Of a stretch of 64,000 nucleotides of DNA, positions 48,493-57,740 are shown piece after piece. Source of the stretch: a virus (taxonomy: Duplodnaviria; Caudoviricetes). The translations under genes were made by a program, and so were the position numbers. Location: positions 1 through 64,000 of IMG/VR virus record IMGVR_UViG_3300035491_000042; one strand, written 5' to 3'. The notes beneath the pieces are model-generated. The model saw nothing but the letters and a program-made list of their open reading frames with translations. It was not told the origin of the DNA and did no database searches. The stretch's first letter is position 1, and every line of letters begins with the position of its first letter.

Positions 48493-49934
48493 AAGGTGGT
48501 TTTGATTCTGACGCTGACAAGTTTTCATTCACTGGGATTCGACGTGGGGTAGTCGTTGACAACAATGACCCATATGGTTTCGGTCGCTGCAAGATTCGTG
48601 TGTTTGGTGTTTACGATGAGTTAAGTGCAGACGTCATCCCATGGGCTGAATACGCAGACCCGTTCATGATTGGTGGAACCGTGAACGCGGGTGGGTGCTT
48701 CGTCCCAGCAGTAGGGGCGAAGGTGTGGTGTTTCTTCGAAGCCGACGACCACAGACAGCCGGTTTATTTCGCTGGAGCACCATCAGCCAAGGACATGCCA
48801 TCGAATCGCAATTCCAACCCAGAGGGGACGGTTGCGTACCCTAATAACAGGGTCTTCAAATCACTCTCTGGTCATGTCATCGAGTTTGACGATACCCCCG
48901 GTGCCGAACGTGTCCGTATCCTCCATAAAAGTGGGACCGAGACGGTCATGTACGCCAATGGCGATATGATTGAACGCGTCGTTGGGGATTTTACCCGTAT
49001 CGTGAATGGTAATCTTACTGAACAGATCGTTGGTGATGTTGTCCGTCAATATGGCGGAAACAACAAAGAACTAATTGGTGGTGATTCGCTTCGCACTGCA
49101 AATGGCCAACTTAGCGAAATGAGTGGTGGTGGGTCATCCTACCTCACTGGTGGGAACATGTCACTGGATGGTTCCAAGATCGACCTGAACAAAGGTGGTA
49201 TGGCTATCATCTCTGCTGGGGCAGTTGCCGGTTTTGAGGTGCCAGACGATATTCAAATGACACCACGTAACGCAACGCTGGTGATTCAAGAGCTCGGCTC
49301 TCGCGCAGCGTTCGATGAGGATGGTCAGGAAATCCCAGAGGACTGGCCTGCTGAAGAGTCGGAGACATCTGTTCTTGAACCGACACAAATCCTAACACCA
49401 CCAACACCAGCGTCGGAGATCACTGCTGAATGCGAGATCATCACTAAAGTAGATTACTCGTATAAATTGTCACCAAACTTCACCATTGGATCACTTTCGA
49501 TCAATACAATCTTTCCGCACACGGTGAAAGCGCAGGGATCGTTTGATCTCAGTGGGATAATCTGCAATATGAAACATTTGTGCTTGAATATTCTTGAGCC
49601 TCTTCTCGCCCAATACCCGAACATTCGGATCAACAGTGGTTTTCGCACTGGCTCTGGTTCATCTCAACATGAGCGCGGTCAGGCAGTTGATATTCAGGTT
49701 CCCGGTTTCAGTGCTGCTGATTATAGTGACATGGCATCGTGGATCATGAGTAATTTGAATTTCGACCAATTCCTGCTCGAATTTGGTAGAGCACCATGGG
49801 TACACCTATCATTCGACCCAACCAGAACCGGTGGACAGCGAGGGATGATTGGGACGTTCTACCCACGGAATTCCCCGCAGTGGGAATTTGGCGTATTGAA
49901 GAACTACTACGACAACGGTAGAATCATTACTTGA
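48489..49934 (+). CDS. baseplate central spike gp5 with C-terminal M15 peptidase
   Basis: OB fold DP..GR.K.RV, SGH..EFDDTPG.ER, beta-helix repeats, SGFR..SQH..GQAVD..WVH. Confidence 0.85.
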   Translation: MKGGFDSDADKFSFTGIRRGVVVDNNDPYGFGRCKIRVFGVYDELSADVIPWAEYADPFMIGGTVNAGGCFVPAVGAKVWCFFEADDHRQPVYFAGAPSAKDMPSNRNSNPEGTVAYPNNRVFKSLSGHVIEFDDTPGAERVRILHKSGTETVMYANGDMIERVVGDFTRIVNGNLTEQIVGDVVRQYGGNNKELIGGDSLRTANGQLSEMSGGGSSYLTGGNMSLDGSKIDLNKGGMAIISAGAVAGFEVPDDIQMTPRNATLVIQELGSRAAFDEDGQEIPEDWPAEESETSVLEPTQILTPPTPASEITAECEIITKVDYSYKLSPNFTIGSLSINTIFPHTVKAQGSFDLSGIICNMKHLCLNILEPLLAQYPNIRINSGFRTGSGSSQHERGQAVDIQVPGFSAADYSDMASWIMSNLNFDQFLLEFGRAPWVHLSFDPTRTGGQRGMIGTFYPRNSPQWEFGVLKNYYDNGRIIT

Positions 49935-49953
49935 AAAAGTGGGAGAACAATCT

Positions 49954-50709
49954 ATGCCATCACAAACAATCTTTGTTGGTGATACACTACCAAGTAACCA
50001 GTATGGCGACTTTGTCGTCATTGCGTACAAGAACGCGCATGAGATATATGTTCGCTTTCTAAACACCGGATCAGTTGTAAAAACGAAGTCGTCCCACATC
50101 AAGAGTGGCTTGGTCAAGGATAGATACGCCCCGACACTATACGGAATAGGTGTCATCGGTGACAAACACCCGACTATGCTAGATGGTAAACCTCATCCCG
50201 TTTATGTCAAATGGGCAGGCATGTTTGAGCGGTGTTATGGTGGCAACGACTCGACAGAGTCTTATAGAAGAAATTGTGTCACCGTCGCAGAAGATTTTCA
50301 TTCCTATGAGAAATTTTACGAGTTCTTTACTAACCTACCAAACAGCGACAAAACACACTGGAATTTAGATAAAGACCTAAAGGGTGGGAGTGAATACTCA
50401 CCAGAAACAGTATGCCTTCTACCGCCAGAGATCAACATGGCTTTGGTTTGTATCACAAAAAGGAATTCAAGCGGTCTTCCGGGGGTTCGTCGAAGTGGTG
50501 AGAAATTTACTGCTCGTATTATGTTGGCTAACGACGAACGGCATATAGGAACCTTCGCAACACAAGAAGAAGCATATCATGCATACCGTGTGGCGAAGAA
50601 CAAATGGGTGATTGAACTGACTGAGAAGTATTCTGAACACCTAGAAAGCGATATTGTTAATCTTCTGCAAAATTGGTTTCCTCCAACCATAGACGAAATC
50701 ATTACCTAA
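49954..50709 (+). mobile_element. HNH homing endonuclease with AP2-like domain
   Basis: Y..W..M..RC, LDKD...YSPETVC..P..IN, GV......ARI......IGTF...EEA..AY. Confidence 0.8.
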
Positions 50710-50764
50710 TCCGATCACAGAAAACTCCGTCGATAAATACTCATAAGATCGACGGAGTAGTCTA

Positions 50765-51151
50765 ATGACCGATTATGTATATTCAGATATGAATCCGCAC
50801 CTAACACTTAGTGCGGATTCAGCAGTAAACCTTGTATATGATGAAGATGTGATTATTCAGTCACTAAAAACCATCATAGCAACAGTTCAAAACGAACGAG
50901 TGAGAAACCCAATCGGGACTCGCCTGCTTCGCCTATTGTTTCAACCAATCGACAGAGACACGACACTTCTGCTTAATACAGAACTCCGTGAGGTCATAAA
51001 TAAGTATGAACCACGGGTTGAAATTGTTGGGCTCAGTGTCGTACCTAACCCGGATCAAAACTTCTATAAAATCAGGATTGACGTTCGCATTAAGTCTATC
51101 CAGCGAACAATATCGTTCAGCTCTCGTATTCGCTCATTCGCAACAACATAA
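50765..51151 (+). CDS. baseplate wedge gp25-like
   Basis: I.QSL..I..T...ER..NP.G..L..LLF, I.KYEPRV. Confidence 0.88.
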   Translation: MTDYVYSDMNPHLTLSADSAVNLVYDEDVIIQSLKTIIATVQNERVRNPIGTRLLRLLFQPIDRDTTLLLNTELREVINKYEPRVEIVGLSVVPNPDQNFYKIRIDVRIKSIQRTISFSSRIRSFATT

Positions 51152-51160
51152 AGGACTACA

Positions 51161-53647
51161 ATGAAAGACTATACAAACTACGACTATCAGGCTAACCTAC
51201 AGCGTATGACTGATCTTCTTGCAAATGCAGAAGGTTGGGGTGAAGGCTATCAGTCATCCACTGGTCAGACATTGATCCAGATGGTGGTTGATGCAACTGA
51301 CTACCTTCACTACATGTTGGAACGTCGAAGCGCTGAGAATTATATTCAGTTCGCACAAATTCGCAGCTCTCTTATTGCTCGGGCATCTGATCTTGGGTAT
51401 CGAATCACTCGTGCGCGAGGCAACACAGGAACTCTGAATCTTGCCCTCCCAGACGATGAAATTGCTGTAGTTGATGTTGTTATCCCCCGTTATACCGAGT
51501 TCACTCGCAATGGGGTTAGCTACATCACAGCAGATGATGCGACGATCAAAGTCGGAGAGAACAGCGTAGACGTGAGCGTCATTCAGGGAAGCCTTGAGTC
51601 TATCACAGCTTCGGTCGATGGTAATGGTGAGATCATGATCAGTGATTATGAAACCATTGACAACCGTGGTATGATTGTTTCGGAAGGAACAGTAGAATAC
51701 CTTGACGTATTCACACAGACAGATGCAAATTTGCGTTCTCTGTCTTTTGTTGGCCCGGATGAGGCATTCTACGATATCAAGTATACCGTACTCGGTATGG
51801 TTATTGTCTTCGGTGACAACGATTACGGTAAACGTCCGTCAAACCCAGTGACTATCCAGTTCATTCGAGTCAATGGTTCAAATGATGCTGTTCTAGCGTT
51901 GAACCAGACGTTCGATGTCGTATCAACGCTTCCTCGTGAAATCGTTGCAACCAACGTGAGCCAGATTCGTGGGCACTTTGACGTTGAGAGTGATGACAGC
52001 ATCAGAAAGAACGCACCACTGTACCATCGTTCTGGTGGACGAGCTGTAACCAGTGACGACTATGCTTTCTGGGTGAAGAACTCCGGCATCGCAAATATTG
52101 TTGATTGTAAGGCTTTCGGTGAGGACGAGCTCGACTCCCTGATCTACAACCTGAACAACGTCTACATCACCTACCTGAAAGAGGATGGTTCTGTACTCAC
52201 AGTCGAAGAACAGAAAGCGCTACGATCATATCTTGATAACATCAAAACCAGTCAAGCGCATCTAGTGTTTAATGGTGCTCGCAAACTTTTGATTCAGAGC
52301 CTACTTGAGTTCCAGAAGAACCCAGAGGCACCTATCGCTGACTCGGAAGCATATGAGATTGTTTATAAGTTCCTCGTGGATTATTTCGACCTCGGGGAGG
52401 GATCGATTGGTGGTTCTGTACAGTCATCCGACATCATCAGAGACTTGTACCGCCTGACAACAACCAGAAGTAATGTCACATATCCTGTGATTGACTGGGC
52501 TAAGATCGAACTGAATGGTGTGTTTCCGTTCACAACACCGTTGCGAACTGACCGAGTATTGGCACGTCTCTCGACATCTTACACTCCTAGTAACGATGAT
52601 AAGTTTGTTTTGATCTTCGATAATCTTGTGTCAGAGGTCGACGTATACGAAACAGACACGGCCACCGATATCATGACTCGCATGCGAGATCAGATTTTCT
52701 TAACCACACCATTTACAGCTCGTGTTATTCTGAATGGCGTGGCCCTTGATGCGTTCGGTAAGCCTATCCCGGTTGAAATCAACCCTGCGGTTGGTGCGAC
52801 GATGCTCGTTGGTGTCGACACCCCGTACTTCGGACCTAGTACGCTTATTGATGGAGCTGCTGTTGGTAGTACACTTGCGCGTGTTGTTCTACGCTCTCCA
52901 GCGATTACTGTGTATCACTACTACTACTCGTCTCGTGCCGGTCGTAGACCGATGATCCCACTGCGTGATAACACAGAGATCAATTTCACAGCACCGTCTG
53001 ACACTGATGTTCTCGTGTATACCCGGTTGAATAAAGATCAAGAGAACACAGAAAGCCTGATCGCTACCATTCCGGCTGGTCAATCGTACAGCTTTACCTC
53101 TCTCAACGATGAACATATCCTACAATTTGAGTATGTTAATGATTCGTATGAGGATCGCACTGCGGAGATCATCTATGATAACTTTGATGGTACTTCATAT
53201 GGTCTGGAAATCACAAGTACAGACAGAATTGGTGTCTTCTCGGTAATCAAAACATCTGGTGACCTTGGTAATTTCATTGATCTTGATTACACCGTTACAC
53301 TTCCAGTGTTTGCGTCTGTTGTTGACCCTAACAAGGACTTGATCTTACCGGGTAGTGTGAAGATTGTTTATCCTGATGGTGTTGTTCTGCTTCGAGATCG
53401 CGGTGATGGCTACTTCGAGAATGTGTCTGGTGAGTTGGTGCCATCTGGTCGTATTGACTATAAGAACGGCGATGTGACTATCCCGAATGTCGTCCCAGAT
53501 GGAGAGTTCCTGTTCACGTACAAACAGAACAAGTATGACAACTTCGTCGTTGATGCGAATACCGCAATGCAGTTGATCGAACCGAAGCCTACCATAAATA
53601 GCACCATGGAAAGCCTCTCTACTATTGGAGTTGTGAATGAGTCTTAA
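51161..53647 (+). CDS. baseplate wedge gp6-like
   Basis: E.YI..AQ.RSS...A..LGY, FGD..YGK.P, ES...IR..AP, RAVT..DY. Confidence 0.88.
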   Translation: MKDYTNYDYQANLQRMTDLLANAEGWGEGYQSSTGQTLIQMVVDATDYLHYMLERRSAENYIQFAQIRSSLIARASDLGYRITRARGNTGTLNLALPDDEIAVVDVVIPRYTEFTRNGVSYITADDATIKVGENSVDVSVIQGSLESITASVDGNGEIMISDYETIDNRGMIVSEGTVEYLDVFTQTDANLRSLSFVGPDEAFYDIKYTVLGMVIVFGDNDYGKRPSNPVTIQFIRVNGSNDAVLALNQTFDVVSTLPREIVATNVSQIRGHFDVESDDSIRKNAPLYHRSGGRAVTSDDYAFWVKNSGIANIVDCKAFGEDELDSLIYNLNNVYITYLKEDGSVLTVEEQKALRSYLDNIKTSQAHLVFNGARKLLIQSLLEFQKNPEAPIADSEAYEIVYKFLVDYFDLGEGSIGGSVQSSDIIRDLYRLTTTRSNVTYPVIDWAKIELNGVFPFTTPLRTDRVLARLSTSYTPSNDDKFVLIFDNLVSEVDVYETDTATDIMTRMRDQIFLTTPFTARVILNGVALDAFGKPIPVEINPAVGATMLVGVDTPYFGPSTLIDGAAVGSTLARVVLRSPAITVYHYYYSSRAGRRPMIPLRDNTEINFTAPSDTDVLVYTRLNKDQENTESLIATIPAGQSYSFTSLNDEHILQFEYVNDSYEDRTAEIIYDNFDGTSYGLEITSTDRIGVFSVIKTSGDLGNFIDLDYTVTLPVFASVVDPNKDLILPGSVKIVYPDGVVLLRDRGDGYFENVSGELVPSGRIDYKNGDVTIPNVVPDGEFLFTYKQNKYDNFVVDANTAMQLIEPKPTINSTMESLSTIGVVNES

Positions 53648-54992
53648 AGAACAACTGATCAAGAATATCCCTGAGTTCCAACGAGAATCGCCTTCTATGA
53701 AGGCGTTTGTTAGCGCGGTCGGTGACTACCTTGATGATGCCAAAGAGGCAATTGAACAGTTTGACTACACATACGATGGTACACGAGGGACAGTATTCAA
53801 CGTAGAGCAGACTCTGAAAGATCGCGGGCTTGATATCCCTGCTGGTGTCCCAGAAGAGACACGCAGACGCGTCCTGAGAGACGCTGCGAGTATCTTTGCG
53901 AAGATTGGTACGTTTGATTCTTTACGATTCGCCTTGAGGCTCACGGGGCTCAAGGCGAAAGTTCTTAGTGGGTGGATGCCAGCACCGAGAACATTCCGTA
54001 CCGGTTTTATCCGCAATATCGACACAGATGTTGTAAGTCGCTATGACGTAAACCGTTATCTTTACACTGAGTTGCTCTATGGCGTAGAGGAAGTTCGCGA
54101 GGATGGTGTGTTCTTTCGTGGATACCGCTATGACGACTACGATGGTGACACTGAATACACTGACATCCCTATCCTCGGTGAGACATACGAAAACATCCCA
54201 GAAAAGAACTACACTGTGGCAAAAACGCCATATGTGATCGTTCGCATCGAAGAGGGTGAACTGAATGCGTCTATTGTTTCGTACACTGACCCGGTAACCG
54301 GTGAAACGTATGAATATTCTGCCGATGAAGAGTTTCGACTCGTTAACGAAATCATTCGATACTTTTTGGCTACCACGTTCCGCCCAACAACCGTTCGCGT
54401 TATTATCATCATCAATATTCAACCATTCTCAGATGAGATTGAGATTGTTGACGACTTGGTTGACGACACGACTTATACCCCGGATGGCGGGGATGACCTG
54501 TTTGATGGTCTGGCGGTTTCCGATGGGGATTTTGGGATTCTCTCTGAGTCGATCATTGATACAACTGCGATTGGTAGCGCCAAGATGACTATTGGTGGGG
54601 TAACTCCTTTCCATGCACCGACGGAAATCGTTTCGACCGATCCTATGAAGATTGGCGTACTGAGTCTTACTGGTGTCGACGACGAGGACGTGTATGAGGT
54701 TCAGAAGCCCAGTGGGACACAAAGCATCGATGTTGCGCTAGACGGTGCAACATTCTACGCATGCAGCGGCGACTCATTCGATATCACATCCCCTCCCGGT
54801 ACTGTGATGGAGTTCAGGGTTCAGTCATACAACTTGACAACCGGTGCATACGAATGGACTCCATGGTTTGATCTACAACCAAACGAGAATCTGAGCGGGG
54901 AATTTACTGTTCTCACATATCTGATCGAATTCCGTTACGTCTCTCTGCCGTCGCTACCGGTCAGAGCCGTTCTAAATATAACCACGCCATAA
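53637..54992 (+). CDS. baseplate wedge protein (gp7/tail protein I-like)
   Basis: Follows gp6; RR.L......KIGT..S motif. Confidence 0.55.
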   Translation: MSLKEQLIKNIPEFQRESPSMKAFVSAVGDYLDDAKEAIEQFDYTYDGTRGTVFNVEQTLKDRGLDIPAGVPEETRRRVLRDAASIFAKIGTFDSLRFALRLTGLKAKVLSGWMPAPRTFRTGFIRNIDTDVVSRYDVNRYLYTELLYGVEEVREDGVFFRGYRYDDYDGDTEYTDIPILGETYENIPEKNYTVAKTPYVIVRIEEGELNASIVSYTDPVTGETYEYSADEEFRLVNEIIRYFLATTFRPTTVRVIIIINIQPFSDEIEIVDDLVDDTTYTPDGGDDLFDGLAVSDGDFGILSESIIDTTAIGSAKMTIGGVTPFHAPTEIVSTDPMKIGVLSLTGVDDEDVYEVQKPSGTQSIDVALDGATFYACSGDSFDITSPPGTVMEFRVQSYNLTTGAYEWTPWFDLQPNENLSGEFTVLTYLIEFRYVSLPSLPVRAVLNITTP

Positions 54993-55003
54993 GGGTATGA
55001 AAC

Positions 55004-55582
55004 ATGATAAAATTTACTGAACAAGCATCAATGACTGACGAGGTTACAATCCGCGAACAGGTTATTGGTCAGCAAGAAGTACACACTGAAAGATTTGGTA
55101 TTCGTGGTGATGTAACCATTGTCGAGCGATGCATCAAAACTGGAAAAGTGCTTGACACTGTAGAATACAAGAACGTCGTACTGACGCAGGGTAAGGGTGA
55201 AATTCTCCGTGCTTTCTCCGTGCCTCTTTTGGACACCAACAAGGTGAAAACAATTGTTGTTGGTAATGATGTTGGGTCTGGTGATCTTATGAACCCGGAA
55301 GACCCGGATGCGTCGTATACAGAAGCTAACATGGAGACAGTTTATACTGTACCGGAAGAGGAGTTCTTCATTGACTTTCCGACTGATAACTCTGTTCGTT
55401 ATCGGGCAACACTGAATGGACCCGCTGTTATGATTCTGTATCCTAACCTACCAAACGTTGTGTATACCAGTGCGTCTATTTTCACAAACGCAAACAAGGC
55501 TGTTACGTACAAGAGATTCCCTGCTCGTACTATCTCTGCTCTGATCAGCGTAGAGATTACTTGGACACTGACAATCACCTAA
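55004..55582 (+). CDS. baseplate protein
   Basis: KNVV...G, C-terminal ITWTL; synteny. Confidence 0.55.
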   Translation: MIKFTEQASMTDEVTIREQVIGQQEVHTERFGIRGDVTIVERCIKTGKVLDTVEYKNVVLTQGKGEILRAFSVPLLDTNKVKTIVVGNDVGSGDLMNPEDPDASYTEANMETVYTVPEEEFFIDFPTDNSVRYRATLNGPAVMILYPNLPNVVYTSASIFTNANKAVTYKRFPARTISALISVEITWTLTIT

Positions 55583-55598
55583 AAGGACAATAAGCCTC

Positions 55599-57518
55599 AT
55601 GACAACTATCGATAAATCGAAGATTCACTTCATTCAGAACGGTGAAGGGCACTTCCCGAAAGTCTATAACAGACCAACAGACAATCTCGCTGATGAGATT
55701 CAGCGTGGGTTCAATAGCATCGATAGTGATCTTGATCTTATTAGAACAAAAATCGCCGATGCTATTCGTGACACTGCTACCCTGAAACTGGACTTCGCTG
55801 CTAATGATTATGGTGTTGGTGGTGTTGGTTCGTATAGGGACGATAGTCTTGAGTTTGGTGATATCGTAACTTTCGGTCGATCTACTGGTGGTGGTCGTTT
55901 CAATGAACAGGGTTTGTATGAGTGGGTTGGTGTCAACGTGCCTCGAATTGATCATGACCCTTCCACGGTTCGTACTAACCTTGTAATTCAGAGTGGAAGC
56001 TTCGGTGGTTCGGAATGGGTTCGTGAACGGATAACAGTCAGTGATGGGACAGTAGTTGGATTGGACGGGGAACTGTCTGCGAGTAAGCTAATTGAAGACA
56101 CTACGACAAATAGTCACCGTCTCCGACAGAACATAGTTGTGATGGCTGGCACAACGTACACACTTTACGCGTTCGTCAAGGCTTCAGAACGAACTAAGGT
56201 AAGACTGTTTGCTGGTGGCACCTCTGCGTCTGCTGATTTCGATTTGGTTTCCCTTCAAATAAGCAACCAAGTAAACACAATTGGTGCTACAATTACCAAT
56301 CTACCCGATGGGTGGGTTCGCGTGAGTATTAGTTACAGACAGACATTCACCGGAAGCGCACTGCACCTAGTTGCGTTGCTCAATGAGAACGGGAGCTTTT
56401 CGTATCTTGGTGATGGTGTTAGTGGTGTTTCCATATACGGTGTTCAACTTTTACCCGGTGTCGATGTGTATGATTACATCCCAACAGAGGCAACCGCTAT
56501 TAGTACACCAGCAGAACCACTTGGCTTGTTGGTTGAAGAACCCCGAACTAACCTTTTCCCGTCATCAAATGGAGACGGTACTTTTGGTAACGTTCCGACA
56601 TTCACTGCAAACGCTGTTATATCTCCCGATGGGACATCGAACGCCACGCTTATTAACAGCGGTGCGTCACCTAACAGATATGAACTAGCTTTGACTTCCG
56701 GGTCTTCCGGCCTTGCGACCGGACAGGTATTCACAATCAGTTGGTGGGAGCTTCCCATCAATTACACGTTTAGTACGTGTCTGTCTCCGCAGTCTTTTGT
56801 GAACGCGAATATTATTAGCGGGACATTCGCGTTAGTACAGACTCTTCCTTCTGGGTGGAAAAGATATTCAGTCCAAGCAAGTATTATCGATGGAAGCCAG
56901 CTAGCGAGATTCAGGCTTTATTTTAGTGGCGGAATGTCCGGTGTAGTAGACCCTTGTGCAATTTGGGGCATTCAGGTTGAGATTGGATCGCTTTTAACCA
57001 GTTTGATCCCAACCTCGGGGACTGCTGTTACGCGGGCTGACGACAGAGCGTTTGTCAGTCAAACTGGTTGGTTAAACGCACTGGAAAGTACGTTATACGC
57101 AGAGTCCTCATCGATGTCTCAGAACAACGGGTATCGTGCAACCGTAACAGTCAGTGACGGAACACGATACCATCGTGCCGGACTTTATCGGAAACATTCT
57201 ACAGATACAATTGGTTTCACTGCATATCTTTTTGAGAGTATTGAAGGTTCTGCTCAGCTAAACAATAGTTCCAACTTCAACAGTGTTGGATTTGCAAAAC
57301 AGGCTATGGGGTGGGATCGCTCAACGTTTGCAATGGTGGGTAATGGCGGGGATGTTGTTTCAAATCTTAACTCCCCTGAGCTCACTTCATTGAATCGACT
57401 TTTGATTGGTGCTGGTAGTTCGGTTACTACTGAAAAGCTAGCAGGACACATCAAGTCAATCCGCTACATCCCTCGTAGGCTAACAGACGACGAGCTGAAG
57501 AAAATTACGTCACACTAA
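55599..57518 (+). CDS. tail fibre/receptor-binding protein 1
   Basis: N-terminal YNRP anchor module; TFxRSTGGGRFN..PRIDHDP; GLLVEE.RTN; beta-sandwich domains. Confidence 0.75.
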   Translation: MTTIDKSKIHFIQNGEGHFPKVYNRPTDNLADEIQRGFNSIDSDLDLIRTKIADAIRDTATLKLDFAANDYGVGGVGSYRDDSLEFGDIVTFGRSTGGGRFNEQGLYEWVGVNVPRIDHDPSTVRTNLVIQSGSFGGSEWVRERITVSDGTVVGLDGELSASKLIEDTTTNSHRLRQNIVVMAGTTYTLYAFVKASERTKVRLFAGGTSASADFDLVSLQISNQVNTIGATITNLPDGWVRVSISYRQTFTGSALHLVALLNENGSFSYLGDGVSGVSIYGVQLLPGVDVYDYIPTEATAISTPAEPLGLLVEEPRTNLFPSSNGDGTFGNVPTFTANAVISPDGTSNATLINSGASPNRYELALTSGSSGLATGQVFTISWWELPINYTFSTCLSPQSFVNANIISGTFALVQTLPSGWKRYSVQASIIDGSQLARFRLYFSGGMSGVVDPCAIWGIQVEIGSLLTSLIPTSGTAVTRADDRAFVSQTGWLNALESTLYAESSSMSQNNGYRATVTVSDGTRYHRAGLYRKHSTDTIGFTAYLFESIEGSAQLNNSSNFNSVGFAKQAMGWDRSTFAMVGNGGDVVSNLNSPELTSLNRLLIGAGSSVTTEKLAGHIKSIRYIPRRLTDDELKKITSH

Positions 57519-57545
57519 CTATTGTGATAATATAGGAAACAAATT

Positions 57546-57740
57546 ATGCCAGTAATCGACAAAGGTAATATCGAGTTCATCGTTAACAACGAGAACCATG
57601 ACGCATCTGTCTACAACCGTCCTGTGGACACGCTAGCAGATGAGGTTCAGCTTGGTTTTAATGAGATAGACACTGATATCGCGAGCCTTAGTACCGGTAT
57701 CGAATCTCTCCTAGATGAGATCAATGGCGAGGTAATCTGA
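57546..57740 (+). CDS. stand-alone fibre anchor/adaptor (64 aa)
   Basis: IDK..I.FI.N.E.H...VYNRP.D.LADE matches N-termini of 55599 and 63030. Confidence 0.7.
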   Translation: MPVIDKGNIEFIVNNENHDASVYNRPVDTLADEVQLGFNEIDTDIASLSTGIESLLDEINGEVI

